64,000 nucleotides of DNA from Bdellovibrionales bacterium. Its GTDB lineage: Bacteria > Bdellovibrionota > Bdellovibrionia > Bdellovibrionales > CAYMLA01. The notes under the pieces were generated by a model. It did not search any database and was not told the origin of the DNA. It saw only the letters and a list, made by a program, of their open reading frames with translations. This document shows, one piece after another, positions 1-10,647 of this stretch. The position numbers and the translations under genes are program-made. Each line of letters opens with the position of its first letter. The first letter of the stretch is position 1. Location of the stretch: the NCBI GenBank assembly GCA_965217115.1, contig OZ244239.1, positions 1,120,001 through 1,184,000 of the forward strand. Direction: 5' to 3'.

Positions 1-43
1 CCATCGCCAGAGCGACAGTTAGTAGGGGTGTTTTTTTTATCAT
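1..43 (-). CDS. 5' end of a secreted protein (partial, runs off the window start)
   Basis: ATG at 43 on - strand preceded by GAGG; reads MIKKTPLLTVALAM (signal-peptide-like); co-oriented directly downstream of the 462-aa gene. Confidence 0.6.
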   Translation of the reverse strand, partial: MIKKTPLLTVALAM

Positions 44-82
44 GAAGTCGTTTCCTCTCTTTTTATTCATAAATAATCCTTT

Positions 83-1471
83 TTACTTAAGAAGTGTTCC
101 CAACTTTCTCCTATATCTCATTGAAACTTTTTCCCATAGGGTCGGGCCATTGGCTGCCGAGATTTCACGCACATTTGCTACTTTTCGTTTTTTGTATTTA
201 GAGCCACCAGGTAAGTAAGCCTTTAAGTTCATTCTCCGTCGATTGTTTTTTCCGTAGCCCTTGTACTTATTTGATGAACCTCTATAGCCCCCGTAACCAC
301 TGGAGCTTCCCCCTCGGCCACTGCCTTCAAAACCCATGCTCACACTGGGGTTGCTGCCCGTACTTCCGCCACCACCTGATGAAGAACCATAGGAAGATTT
401 GCCGCTACCACCACCGCCACCGCCTGGCGCTCCACTTCCTCCACTGGTGCCGATAGCCTGTCTTGAAGCGTCGCCATTCCCTTTTTCTCCAAAAGGGCCG
501 CCTAGAGAGCCTCCTGCCCCATAAGGGTCATTCCCAAGGCTATTCATATCATTATTTATTTTATTAAGATCCACATCTCCACCCAAATCAGCAGTTGGGT
601 TTTTGAAAGTGCCTTCCGGCTTTGTTGTGGGATTGGTACACAACGGGTCGCGGGGGTTTTTAGTGCAGATGCACGTTACATTTGTCGAATTCATAGGATC
701 TGTGCAATCAAGAATGCCACCACCGCCATCACTTTTCGTTTGCTCTTTGCAATTTTGGGCCCCTTGATAAGATCGAGCCAAGCCCACCAAATCGAGGCTC
801 GCCCTTTCCATATTCACTGCAAACTTTTCACAAGCTTTTAACCCTTGTTTTTTAAGAATGCTCAAAACTTTCTTCGCTTGGGGGGTTCTGTTTATATTTA
901 TATGATCTATCTCACTTATAATTCCATTATAATTTTGATCTAATCCCTGTGCAAACAATTTGCTCTTTTCTTCTGCCTCAATTCTGCTCTTTTCTGCCTC
1001 AAGACCTTTGAGCTTAGCCTTGTCTGCCTTTAAAACAGCGATTGTTTTTTCTATCGCGCTTGAACAATAATCTGTGCAGAAAGTGTGAACACCTTCACAT
1101 CCCGCTTTAAAGGCAACAGTCGCCGCTGATACTGTTCTGAGGGCTTTACTCAGGCTGGAACATGTCTCAGAAAGACCCATTGTTCCCGCCGTCGAGGACA
1201 GTCCACTGACAATATCTCCTGCCGCCGCCAATTTAGGATTCTTTTCGGCGTCGCAAATTCCAGACACACCCCTTTCAACACTCCTATGACAGCTTCCAAC
1301 GACTTCCGTTAACTCTCCTACTGAATTCGTATTAGGGAGGGGAAACTTTATCTTTTCTTCTGTTTTTCCCTGTACAGCAGATCCTCCTCTTCCCTGTGCA
1401 TCAGGTTCCGCCAAAACCTGCAAGGGGAAGAATATTGACACTAGTAATAATCTAAGAAAAACATCCTTCAA
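83..1471 (-). CDS. Secreted Cys-rich/Gly-rich hypothetical protein
   Basis: 462-aa ORF, GGAGG RBS, signal peptide, many Cys in N-terminal two thirds, Gly/Ser-rich linker, basic C-terminus ending ..TLWEKVSMRY.. Confidence 0.8.
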   Translation of the reverse strand: MKDVFLRLLLVSIFFPLQVLAEPDAQGRGGSAVQGKTEEKIKFPLPNTNSVGELTEVVGSCHRSVERGVSGICDAEKNPKLAAAGDIVSGLSSTAGTMGLSETCSSLSKALRTVSAATVAFKAGCEGVHTFCTDYCSSAIEKTIAVLKADKAKLKGLEAEKSRIEAEEKSKLFAQGLDQNYNGIISEIDHININRTPQAKKVLSILKKQGLKACEKFAVNMERASLDLVGLARSYQGAQNCKEQTKSDGGGGILDCTDPMNSTNVTCICTKNPRDPLCTNPTTKPEGTFKNPTADLGGDVDLNKINNDMNSLGNDPYGAGGSLGGPFGEKGNGDASRQAIGTSGGSGAPGGGGGGSGKSSYGSSSGGGGSTGSNPSVSMGFEGSGRGGSSSGYGGYRGSSNKYKGYGKNNRRRMNLKAYLPGGSKYKKRKVANVREISAANGPTLWEKVSMRYRRKLGTLLK

Positions 1472-1508
1472 TTCGACCTCCCCAAAAAACCTTTGACACC
1501 ATAGGGAC

Positions 1509-1536
1509 TTATCGGACGAACATCTAGTTTACTTTA
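1509..1536 (-). promoter_or_regulatory. Putative sigma28 (FliA) promoter of the 462-aa gene
   Basis: Minus strand TAAAG-N15-TCCGATAA, close to the TAAA-N15/16-GCCGATAA consensus, 38 nt upstream of the start. Confidence 0.55.
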
Positions 1537-1566
1537 AAAAAACTTTCTCTATGGCAGAAGTCCAAT

Positions 1567-1583
1567 AGTCTCATTTTAAGACA
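1567..1583. promoter_or_regulatory. TGTCTCA-N3-TGAGACA-type palindrome (imperfect copy)
   Basis: AGTCTCATTTTAAGACA matches 15/17 of the perfect palindrome at 37828; weaker TGTC-N9-GACA copy at 1654-1670. Confidence 0.45.
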
Positions 1584-1788
1584 CAATCCCCTTTAAAGCC
1601 TCTGCCGGGTTGGAAGCGATTCCCCTCCCCTTCCCCTCTATTATTTGTTTTACTGTCATCGTTTTAGACAGCTGCCCAACAATTTTCAGGAATAAAAGAC
1701 AACGGCCTTGCTTTTATTCTCTGAATCGTTGTTTAAACCCCTAAAAAGAGCAACGTCTCTGGCATCTTCATTGCTCTTCTTATAGTTT

Positions 1789-4224
1789 ATGAGAAAAAAA
1801 GGGTCAAAAAATACATTTCGAATCAACACAAGAGGTTTAAGAGCAACCTCCCGCAAAGCTATGTCATACCTTCTCTCGGCAACCATCGCTCTGGCACCCG
1901 CTCTTTCCTCTGCTCAAAATAATCTCCCTCAGAGCAAGGATGGAAAAACGACCACTCAAGACACCCTTACTAAAGATGAACTCAAGAAGTTCCGCCCCTC
2001 TGAACTTTCACGCTTTGACCAAAATTACAGAAATCAAATGAATCAAATGTACCCTGGTGGTTTCACCGTTAGCACCATGAAACGCCTTCCCAGAGAAGCT
2101 CTTATTTTCTACGTCGCCATGGGAGCCACCATGGTTCAAGATTCCCTCATTGATCCATACACCAAAGGGGGGCGTCTTAATCCCAACTGGCTCGACACCC
2201 TCATCCATGAAGCCACATCTCCAATTGGATTGGCTGGGTTTGCTGCCTTTGTACTCGCCAGTGGCAAAACAGGACAGCTTATGCTCCAAGCTGCTCACGG
2301 CATAGAAAAAACCTCCCCTGGTATTGCCAAATCCTTCAGAGGCCTTAGCGGTCAAATCGGTATGGCCGCAGGAATGATCGCCTCTAATATCGTCCATGAG
2401 TTTGCCTACCACCCAGACGTCATCCTGTGCTATCAAAGCCTAAAAAAAACCGACAATTCAGAAATAGATTCCCAAGCCTGTGACCGCGCCTTTGATTATT
2501 GGGTTCTCAATCCAGGTTCTCGTCTCTACGACTGGGCCCCCGATATCTTCGCTATGCTCAGCGCCTCCTTTCTCTCCTCCGCCCTTCTGAATAAAAGTCC
2601 TCTTATAGCTCTTATCAAAAAAGGCACCCCCATCTCTGTAAAAGGTTTTATGATGAAACTCGGCTCTTTGCGCTTTGGTGTACACCCACTTTCTCAGGTT
2701 GGTATGGGCCTTTTAAACCTCTACACCTTTATGAATGTACATGCAAAAGTCACTGATCCTCTTATTGCTCGACCATGGAAAAATAATCGAAAATACAACG
2801 GAACTCTTAAAAAATATATTGAAATTCAAAAAGAGTTCAGTGAGCTTGAAAAAAAGAACTTTCATCTTGTAAAGAAAAATCCTCACAAAATCATTCAACT
2901 TCTTCAAGATTACACGGAAAAACAAGATGACTGGAGAACCTTTAATTTAGACTTAGCATTGACTGCTCACGCTAATTGGAAAACCTCAGCTATGGAACTT
3001 TTAATGTCCCATAAAACAGCCTATCTTTTTTATCATGATTTTTTTGAACAACAATCTCTGTTCAAAGGGCAGTATTCTTCTGATAATCCTTATATAAAAA
3101 AAGAATCTCACCTAGATGAAATTGAGAACAATCCAGAAATTATCATTCCTTATTTTAAAGAAACCCATCCAAAATCGGTTCATAATATAAACACAACTCG
3201 CACTGTGGACTACCTCCTTACATCTATGATCTGTGGCCCTGATGCTGAAAACAAACCAAATTCCCTTATTAAAGATCCACTTGTCGGTGTAAGTTATAAG
3301 TTTGTCCCTCCTAGAGTTTTAGAAAATATTCACCCTGCTTTTTGCCTACAGAGGTTTCCCGTTATTGATAGGCCGAATAAGCATTTTCAAGATCACTATA
3401 AATACAACCCACATGATATCATTATTGACACTTCCCGTGGAACCTACGAAGGTATTTTGCCACTCATTAATAGTCATTTGCGACGTGATCTCATTGGCTC
3501 TACCAATGGTGTTTTAAATTTTAATAGCTGGTGGGAAAAAAATATTCTTCCCAGCTTTAATAAAACAGTGGACAAACTTCGTGACGAGTATCGCAAGATG
3601 ATGACCAACTTGTTTTTTCCTGCTTTTCAAAGCAAAGATTTTGAAGCTATAAAGGTTTCTTTAAACCAAGATCATTATCAAATATGGAAAAATCAAGAGC
3701 AACAGTGGAATATTGGCCAACATTTTGTCCCGTTACTTCGAAAAAAGAACAAACGTCGCCCTCATCTTTCTGCTGGCTTAGCTTCAAAGGCTAATGAAGA
3801 GGTTAAAGAGCTTCTTTTGCCCAAGGGGATCACGAGTAGCCTTTTTCAAGAGGTTCCTATTTGGTTAAATCTTCTACAACGTTTAAACAAGAAATTTTCC
3901 ATAAATAATTCAACGTTCACACTCTATGGTAAAATTCTTATTCTCTCCCTTGAAGAAATGCTTGAGGCAGTCAATTTTTCAACCATTCAAGGTAAAAATT
4001 TCAATGCTGCCTATGAAAAGGCCCTGCAAGCGACTTCTGAAATCGCTCGTCTCTTTAAAATTGATCTTATGAAAATAAGACAAATGAACCCTCAAGAGCG
4101 TTTAGAACTGAAAAAACTCCCCCTTGAGCAGCAGATTGCCATCTCCTCTCTCCTCCGCCTACAAGACCTTAGTCAAAATCTCGAAAACTACAGGGCGATT
4201 TTGCAATTGATTGAAGACAGATAA
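1789..4224 (+). CDS. Large exported/membrane hypothetical protein
   Basis: 811-aa ORF; signal-like segment (YLLSATIALAPALSSA; start may be ATG 1861), several Gly/Ala-rich hydrophobic helices in the N-terminal third. Confidence 0.75.
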   Translation: MRKKGSKNTFRINTRGLRATSRKAMSYLLSATIALAPALSSAQNNLPQSKDGKTTTQDTLTKDELKKFRPSELSRFDQNYRNQMNQMYPGGFTVSTMKRLPREALIFYVAMGATMVQDSLIDPYTKGGRLNPNWLDTLIHEATSPIGLAGFAAFVLASGKTGQLMLQAAHGIEKTSPGIAKSFRGLSGQIGMAAGMIASNIVHEFAYHPDVILCYQSLKKTDNSEIDSQACDRAFDYWVLNPGSRLYDWAPDIFAMLSASFLSSALLNKSPLIALIKKGTPISVKGFMMKLGSLRFGVHPLSQVGMGLLNLYTFMNVHAKVTDPLIARPWKNNRKYNGTLKKYIEIQKEFSELEKKNFHLVKKNPHKIIQLLQDYTEKQDDWRTFNLDLALTAHANWKTSAMELLMSHKTAYLFYHDFFEQQSLFKGQYSSDNPYIKKESHLDEIENNPEIIIPYFKETHPKSVHNINTTRTVDYLLTSMICGPDAENKPNSLIKDPLVGVSYKFVPPRVLENIHPAFCLQRFPVIDRPNKHFQDHYKYNPHDIIIDTSRGTYEGILPLINSHLRRDLIGSTNGVLNFNSWWEKNILPSFNKTVDKLRDEYRKMMTNLFFPAFQSKDFEAIKVSLNQDHYQIWKNQEQQWNIGQHFVPLLRKKNKRRPHLSAGLASKANEEVKELLLPKGITSSLFQEVPIWLNLLQRLNKKFSINNSTFTLYGKILILSLEEMLEAVNFSTIQGKNFNAAYEKALQATSEIARLFKIDLMKIRQMNPQERLELKKLPLEQQIAISSLLRLQDLSQNLENYRAILQLIEDR

Positions 4225-4333
4225 CCCACCCTTAAATAGAGGTTTTGTAAAATTTAGAATTTCAATAAAGAAAGTTTGCTAAAAACTCCCTCTTTACATA
4301 AGATTAGAATATTAGCTATTAAGGAGCCTTGTT

Positions 4334-4996
4334 ATGAAAAAAAGTCACTTAGCCTTCATCTTTATCTTCACAACCACCACAGCGGTTGTTTCCTACGCCA
4401 ATCGTAAAAGAGGAACTGGCAACGATACCAATAAAGGAAGAACTGAAATAAAAACCGCCATCGACTCTGCGCTAAGAGCAGGAACAGGAAAAAAAGACAC
4501 AGGACTTGACGAAATATCCAACACCAGTCGCTCCCAGGAATTTTTCAATTTAATGTCTGAAAAAGGCATCTTCAATCCACATAAGATCACTGAAGTCAAA
4601 AAAGAGCTTAAGACAATTTCAGACGCCAGGCTCAAAGAAAAAATTGACCAGGTCCTCTCCAAAGTATCAAATCAGATTAAAGAAAACAAAACCCCACTCT
4701 CAAGGGAGACTCAATCTCTTCTAAAATCTGGAGTTGATTTTATTTTGTCTCTTAAGGGTATTGGAAAACAGTTTAAAACTTCAACCACTGAAAGTATCAA
4801 AACCAAAGAAGCCCTTGAAGCTCTTTTAGAAGTTATCCCCGATGCTATGAAGTGGGATTTAGGTAAACAAAAAAATCTCGAAACTCTTATGAAAACAATC
4901 GTCAAGGGAAAAGAGGACCTGATAACAGCTCTTAATAAGGCCCTTAATGATGCTCAGATTACCCTTGAAGAATTAATTAAAAGATGTAAGGGCTAA
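4334..4996 (+). CDS. Secreted helical hypothetical protein
   Basis: AAGGAG RBS, signal peptide MKKSHLAFIFIFTTTTAVVSYA, Lys-rich helical body. Confidence 0.8.
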   Translation: MKKSHLAFIFIFTTTTAVVSYANRKRGTGNDTNKGRTEIKTAIDSALRAGTGKKDTGLDEISNTSRSQEFFNLMSEKGIFNPHKITEVKKELKTISDARLKEKIDQVLSKVSNQIKENKTPLSRETQSLLKSGVDFILSLKGIGKQFKTSTTESIKTKEALEALLEVIPDAMKWDLGKQKNLETLMKTIVKGKEDLITALNKALNDAQITLEELIKRCKG

Positions 4997-5012
4997 AAAG
5001 CAGGGGCCTCTT

Positions 5013-6017
5013 TTGAATATTCTTGTAACTGGCGGTACAGGCTTTGTCGGGTCGTGCCTTATTGGCTCCCTTCTAAAACAGAGTGATATAAAATCCATTG
5101 GAATTTTACACCGTCAGAACAGTGATCTCTCTGAAATTGAAAATCTAAACCTCGATCTCTCCAAACTCAACTACTTTGTCGGTGATATCACTGACAAAGA
5201 CTCCCTTCTAAAGGCCACTCTTGGCATTGACACTGTTTTTCACCTCGCGGGACTTGTCGCTTATAAAAAATCAGAGCGTCACAAAATGGATCTCGTCAAC
5301 GTGCAAGGAACTCAAAACATGATCGATGCCTGTCTCAAAAACCACGTTCGTCGCCTTGTTCATATGAGCTCTGTCACAGCTATTGGCGCCAGCTTCACCC
5401 CCTCCTCTCTAAATGAAGACTCCCCCTACAACATCGAGCACCTAAACCTTGGTTACTTTGAAACAAAACATCGAGCCGAAAAACTCGTCTACAATGCCGT
5501 TCTTAGACACGGTCTAAATTCCGTCATTGTAAATCCCTCCACAATTTACGGCCCTGGTGATGCTCGAAAAGGCTCACGAAAAACCCAACTCAAAGTCGCC
5601 CAAGGAAATTTTCCATTCTACACTTCTGGTGGAGTCAATGTCATCGCCATAGAAGACGTCTGCCAAGGCTTAATCAGCGCTTGGAGAAATGGTCTCTCCG
5701 GAGAACGGTATATCCTTGCTGGCGAAAATCTCCTCATCAAAGATCTTTTTAAACTTATCGCCAAAGAAGCTGGAACCCCTGCTCCCTTTATTCCTCTGCC
5801 AAAACCCCTCACTCATTTTCTCGGTTTCGTAGGAGACCAAGTGGAGAAGCTTGGTAAAGAAACTTCCATTAGTTCTGAAAATGCTTGGACCTCCCAGCTC
5901 TTCCATTGGTTCGATTCCAAAAAGGCACAAGAACACCTCGGCCTCAAACCAAAATCTGCCCAATACGCTATTGCTCAAAGCGTGCAGTGGATGAGAGACA
6001 ATCAATTAATTGATTAA
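5013..6017 (+). CDS. NAD-dependent epimerase/dehydratase (extended SDR, dihydroflavonol reductase/HpnA-like)
   Basis: TGGTGFVG Rossmann motif, HLAG, YFETK (YxxxK), NPSTIYGPGD. Confidence 0.9.
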   Translation: MNILVTGGTGFVGSCLIGSLLKQSDIKSIGILHRQNSDLSEIENLNLDLSKLNYFVGDITDKDSLLKATLGIDTVFHLAGLVAYKKSERHKMDLVNVQGTQNMIDACLKNHVRRLVHMSSVTAIGASFTPSSLNEDSPYNIEHLNLGYFETKHRAEKLVYNAVLRHGLNSVIVNPSTIYGPGDARKGSRKTQLKVAQGNFPFYTSGGVNVIAIEDVCQGLISAWRNGLSGERYILAGENLLIKDLFKLIAKEAGTPAPFIPLPKPLTHFLGFVGDQVEKLGKETSISSENAWTSQLFHWFDSKKAQEHLGLKPKSAQYAIAQSVQWMRDNQLID

Positions 6018-6051
6018 CGGGAACACTCGATGTCAATTTCACTTCTCTTAA

Positions 6052-7863
6052 CTATTGTTTTTTTCTTTTATGGGGATCTAATTCCCGACATCGTAAACGA
6101 ATGTTTTTCGGTGTCACTTCAATCAATTCTCTGTCGTTAATCCACTCCATTGCCGCCTCTAAAGTCAAAGACTTTACCCTCGCAATCTTAGCGGCTTCAT
6201 CTGTTCCTGAAGCCCGGACATTGGTTAATTTTTTTTCTCTCACAATATTGACAATCATATCATTAGGCTTGGCACTCTCACCTGCAATCATTCCCTCATA
6301 TACTTCTACACCAGGACTTATTAAAAATTTTCCGCGATCCTGTAAGTTATCAATAGCATAAATCGTCGCCTTGCCCTTTCGATCCGAAACAATCGCTCCA
6401 TTTAAGCGACTAACAATCTCTCCCTTGTGCAGGTCATAACCTGCCGACTGGGTATTTAAAAGTCCTGTCCCTCTTGTATCCGTCAAAAATTCCGATCGAT
6501 AGCCAATCAAACCACGGGCGGGAATCGAAAACTCCACCCTCGCTCGCCCCAAGCCTTTATTAATCATATTAATCATGATCCCTTTGCGTAGACCTAATTT
6601 CTCTGTCACCACACCCACGAACTCCTCACTCACATCCACCGTGACATTCTCCATAGGTTCTATTAAGTCACCTGATTCATTTTTCTTTAATAACACCTCT
6701 GGTTTACTCACAAGAAGCTCAAAGCCCTCACGCCTCATTTGCTCAAGTAACACCGAAAGCTGTAGCTCTCCACGGCCTAATAATTTCCACGCATCATTTC
6801 TCTGTGTCTCTTCCACTCGAATGGCCACATTGTACAAAAGTTCTCTCTCTAGCCTTTCTTTTATCTTACGGCTCGTCACCTTATCGCCCTCTAGTCCCGC
6901 AAAAGGCCCGTCATTAACAGAGACAATCACTCCCACCGTCGGCTCTTCCACCTTCAATCTCTCTAAAGGTTGAGGGTTTTCTTTATCCACCAAGCTATCA
7001 CCTATTGTGACCTCACTCATTCCTGCCACAACTCCAATATCTCCAGCATGAAGAGAGTCTATTTTAACTTGCCGGGAGCTTTCATAGCCAAAGAGAGCTG
7101 ACACTTTCATTGAAACCAACCCATCTTCTCGACTTATCATCACTTGATCACCCACCTTGATCGCTCCAGATTCAATACGACCAATGGCAAGGTGGCCAAC
7201 AAAATCGTTATAATCAATATTGGAGACCATCATCTGCAACGGACCCTCTAAATTCACTGAAGGACAGGGAACCTCACTGATTATTAAGTCAAAAAGGGGC
7301 TTTAAAGTTTCATCATCAGAACGTTTATTATAATCTTTCAGCGCAATACCATCACGGCCAACAGCATAGATCGTCGCGTAATCCATTTGATCATCCCTTG
7401 CCTCTAAATCAATAAAGAGGTCAAAAATTTCATTAGCCACTTCATCAATTCTCGCATCAGAACGGTCAATTTTATTAATGCACACAAGGATTTTTAAATT
7501 CTGCTCCAATGCCTTTTTTAAAACAAAGCGAGTTTGCGGCAATGGCCCCTCACTAGCATCCACCAAAAGAACACAACCATCCACCATATTAAGAATACGC
7601 TCTACCTCACCACCGAAATCACTATGGCCTGGAGTGTCCACAATATTAACCTTCACCCCCTCATAGACAAAAGAACAATTCTTCGCTGCAATCGTAATCC
7701 CCCTCTCTTTCTCCAAATCCATCGAGTCCATAAATCGCTCTTCTACAGATTGACGGGCGCCAAAGATTCCACTCTGTTTCAAAAGATGGTCTACAAGTGT
7801 TGTTTTCCCGTGATCAACGTGAGCTATAATCGCAATATTTCTAATATTCTCAGGGTTTGCCAT
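6052..7863 (-). CDS. typA: Translational GTPase TypA/BipA
   Basis: IAHVDHGKTTLVD, ERGITI, DTPGHSDFGGEVER, NKID, GRGELQL, C-terminal EVTPKNIRLR; likely start ATG 7863 after GGAG. Confidence 0.97.
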   Translation of the reverse strand: MANPENIRNIAIIAHVDHGKTTLVDHLLKQSGIFGARQSVEERFMDSMDLEKERGITIAAKNCSFVYEGVKVNIVDTPGHSDFGGEVERILNMVDGCVLLVDASEGPLPQTRFVLKKALEQNLKILVCINKIDRSDARIDEVANEIFDLFIDLEARDDQMDYATIYAVGRDGIALKDYNKRSDDETLKPLFDLIISEVPCPSVNLEGPLQMMVSNIDYNDFVGHLAIGRIESGAIKVGDQVMISREDGLVSMKVSALFGYESSRQVKIDSLHAGDIGVVAGMSEVTIGDSLVDKENPQPLERLKVEEPTVGVIVSVNDGPFAGLEGDKVTSRKIKERLERELLYNVAIRVEETQRNDAWKLLGRGELQLSVLLEQMRREGFELLVSKPEVLLKKNESGDLIEPMENVTVDVSEEFVGVVTEKLGLRKGIMINMINKGLGRARVEFSIPARGLIGYRSEFLTDTRGTGLLNTQSAGYDLHKGEIVSRLNGAIVSDRKGKATIYAIDNLQDRGKFLISPGVEVYEGMIAGESAKPNDMIVNIVREKKLTNVRASGTDEAAKIARVKSLTLEAAMEWINDRELIEVTPKNIRLRCRELDPHKRKKQ

Positions 7864-7986
7864 GTTTTGCTCCAAAACTATTTTTATAGGGATTTGTCCT
7901 CTTATAGATTATATTTTATAGCTTAGTGTGCGCCTAGAGTTAAGCACAAATACACTCTCACCCATTTGTATTTGATTTTTTAGCCC

Positions 7987-9000
7987 CTAACCATGACCGC
8001 CCATAAGAAACTGGACCTCACTCTGATCCTCTCTCTTCTTCAAATGCAGGTCCGAAAAAAACTCTCGCGCCATACTCAAAACCTCTAGAGTATTTTCACT
8101 CCTAAAGAGTCTCTTCCGAAACCCTGCCGAACCAGGAAAGCCCGCCGAGTACCAAGATGCAAATTTTTTTAATTGAATTTCCATTATTCTATCGTTGTTC
8201 TCCCGCAAAAGAAGCTCGTAAAGACGCTCATAAACCTGTAAATAAGTTTTGCTTTGAGGCTTAACTCGATTCCCTTGCCACAAATCCAAACTCTCCTTAA
8301 ATATCCACGGATTCTTCAAACAGCCTCGACCTATCATTAATCCATCCACACCTGTCTCTTTCATTTTTTCCACAGCACTCTGTGCCGTTAAAATATCACC
8401 ATTCCCCAATATCGGCAGAGGACTCTTGGCTTTAACCTCAGAAATGTAATCCCAATCAGCCCTTCCCGTATAGGCAGCCGCTCTCGTTCGACCATGAATA
8501 GCCACCCACTCAATCCCTTCATCATAGGCCACCTGTACGACTTTATCCGCATTACGAGAATTCATATCCCAGCCCGTGCGAATTTTAATTGTTACAGGAA
8601 TATTCACTTGAGATTTTACTGTCCTGAGAACATCACGCAACGCCACCAAGTCTTTCAATAACGCCGATCCAGCCCCTTTTTTAACGACTTTAGGAACAGG
8701 ACAACCAAAGTTCATATCAACAAAGTCTGCCCCCTGTTCTTCAACAAACTTTGCACCGCGAGCAATCACCTCAGCTGTTTCACCAAAAAGCTGCACTCCA
8801 ATAGGCCTTTGACTCTCATCATACTCCATCAGTTTCTGAGTTTTTTTACTGCCATACTCTAGACCATTGGCTGAAACTAACTCCGTAATCACCACACTGC
8901 TATGCAACCCCCTCATAAGAGTTCGAAAAGCTCTGTCCGTTACTCCTGCCATGGGAGCCATAACAAAAGGGTTTTTTCTTAATTGTTCGAGTAGTATCAC
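7987..9000 (-). CDS. dusB: tRNA-dihydrouridine synthase (DusB type)
   Basis: APMAGVTD, DMNFGCPVPKV, KIRTGW, IHGRTR, GNGDI, MIGRG motifs. Confidence 0.93.
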   Translation of the reverse strand: MILLEQLRKNPFVMAPMAGVTDRAFRTLMRGLHSSVVITELVSANGLEYGSKKTQKLMEYDESQRPIGVQLFGETAEVIARGAKFVEEQGADFVDMNFGCPVPKVVKKGAGSALLKDLVALRDVLRTVKSQVNIPVTIKIRTGWDMNSRNADKVVQVAYDEGIEWVAIHGRTRAAAYTGRADWDYISEVKAKSPLPILGNGDILTAQSAVEKMKETGVDGLMIGRGCLKNPWIFKESLDLWQGNRVKPQSKTYLQVYERLYELLLRENNDRIMEIQLKKFASWYSAGFPGSAGFRKRLFRSENTLEVLSMAREFFSDLHLKKREDQSEVQFLMGGHG

Positions 9001-9358
9001 AAAAAAGATTTACCACACTTTTTAAAAACTTCAAAGACTATCTAAATCACGCCTGCGCAATTCAAATCTTTTCTCTTTGAATAATCATTCTTTAATATTA
9101 CCCGCGAGAGAGGGCAGAACAATTCTATAGCCACTCACTCAGCCTTCCTATTATCAAAAAACCCAAAATGGCTACTCCTTTCTTTTAGCAAAGAATGAGT
9201 GTTCACGGACGGTAAGAAGAACTGAAAAATGATTACTATTAAAGCAATAATGGATCTTTTCTCTTATAAAAGGCTTGAGAGAGTTTTGTAAAAAATCGCC
9301 CCCTCTTTTGCTTTTATTGGTAAAACTACTTTTTTAGATTTTTTATTTGCTAAACAAA

Positions 9359-9434
<76 letters not shown>

Positions 9435-9478
9435 ACACCAAATAAGTCATTATTTTTAGCCTCTGTTCACTAAAACTG

Positions 9479-10636
9479 TCAACACCTATCCAGCGCCTGT
9501 GCAAGGTCCAGGCGAAGGTCATCTACGTCCTCAACCCCTACGCTTAAACGAATTAAGCTGTCATCAATCCCCTGCTCAGCTCTTCTCTGAATAGGAACAC
9601 TGGCATGGGTCATAATTGCTGGATGCTCAATCAGAGACTCCACTCCTCCTAAACTTTCTGCTAACGCAAAAATTTGCACGCTCTCCAAGAACTGACGTGC
9701 CGTCTTCAAACTGCCCTTGAGATAAAAAGTAATCATTCCACCAAAGCCACTCATTTGACGACAGGCTAACTCGTATTGAGGAAAGCTCTTCAGCCCTGGG
9801 TAAATCACTCGCTCTACCTTATCATGACTCTCTAGAAAATCCGCCAACACCATTGCATTCTTTTGATGGGACTCCATCCGCAAAGCCAAGGTTTTTAAGC
9901 TACGTAAGCCCAAAAAAGAATCAAACGCATTGCCGTTTGTTCCCATGGAATTAAGCAAATAATGAATTTTCTCCCCTAACTCTTCTGAATTAACAATAAC
10001 TGCACCGCCAATAACATCACTGTGACCGTTAATATATTTAGTCGTTGAGTGAACCACGATATCAGCTCCCAACTCTAAAGGACGCTGGAAGTAAGGACTC
10101 ATAAAAGTATTGTCCACTGCAACCAAAATACCCTTTTTGTGAGCTATCTGCACAATGGCCTCAATATCAACCATCCTCAATGTCGGGTTTGTCGGCGTCT
10201 CTAGCCAAACCATCTTTGTTTTCTTTGTAATGGTCTCTTCAAAATTTTGAGGTTCACGCAAATCCACATAACTAAAATCAATTCCATTTTGGCGAATCAC
10301 TGTATCAAAAAGACGGAACGTCCCACCATACATATCGTCATTGGCAATAACATGGTCTCCATTTTTTAATAAATGCAAAACAGTTGTTGTTGCCCCACAA
10401 CCCGAAGAAAAAACAAAACCCTTTTTTCCTGACTCTAAACTTGCTAAACAGTCTTCAAAAGCCTGACGTGTAGGGTTACTCGTGCGACTGTACTCGTAAC
10501 CTCGATGAACTCCTGGAGACTCTTGAACGTACGTTGACGACATGAAAATAGGGGTCATTATAGCCCCTGTAATTTCTTCTGGTTTCTGACCTGCATGAAT
10601 TGCACGAGTGCGAAATCCTAATTTTTCATTCTTCAT
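9479..10636 (-). CDS. Cystathionine gamma-lyase/synthase (Cys/Met metabolism PLP enzyme)
   Basis: YSRTSNPT, ETPTNP, DNTFMSP, HSTTKYINGHSD (PLP Lys), AESLGGVESL, RLSVGVE. Confidence 0.93.
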   Translation of the reverse strand: MKNEKLGFRTRAIHAGQKPEEITGAIMTPIFMSSTYVQESPGVHRGYEYSRTSNPTRQAFEDCLASLESGKKGFVFSSGCGATTTVLHLLKNGDHVIANDDMYGGTFRLFDTVIRQNGIDFSYVDLREPQNFEETITKKTKMVWLETPTNPTLRMVDIEAIVQIAHKKGILVAVDNTFMSPYFQRPLELGADIVVHSTTKYINGHSDVIGGAVIVNSEELGEKIHYLLNSMGTNGNAFDSFLGLRSLKTLALRMESHQKNAMVLADFLESHDKVERVIYPGLKSFPQYELACRQMSGFGGMITFYLKGSLKTARQFLESVQIFALAESLGGVESLIEHPAIMTHASVPIQRRAEQGIDDSLIRLSVGVEDVDDLRLDLAQALDRC

Positions 10637-10647
10637 AAATCACACCC

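Noticed and set aside
9001..9358. Possible ncRNA or island scar downstream of tRNA-Phe
   Set aside because: No convincing structure, repeat or tRNA-end duplicate seen
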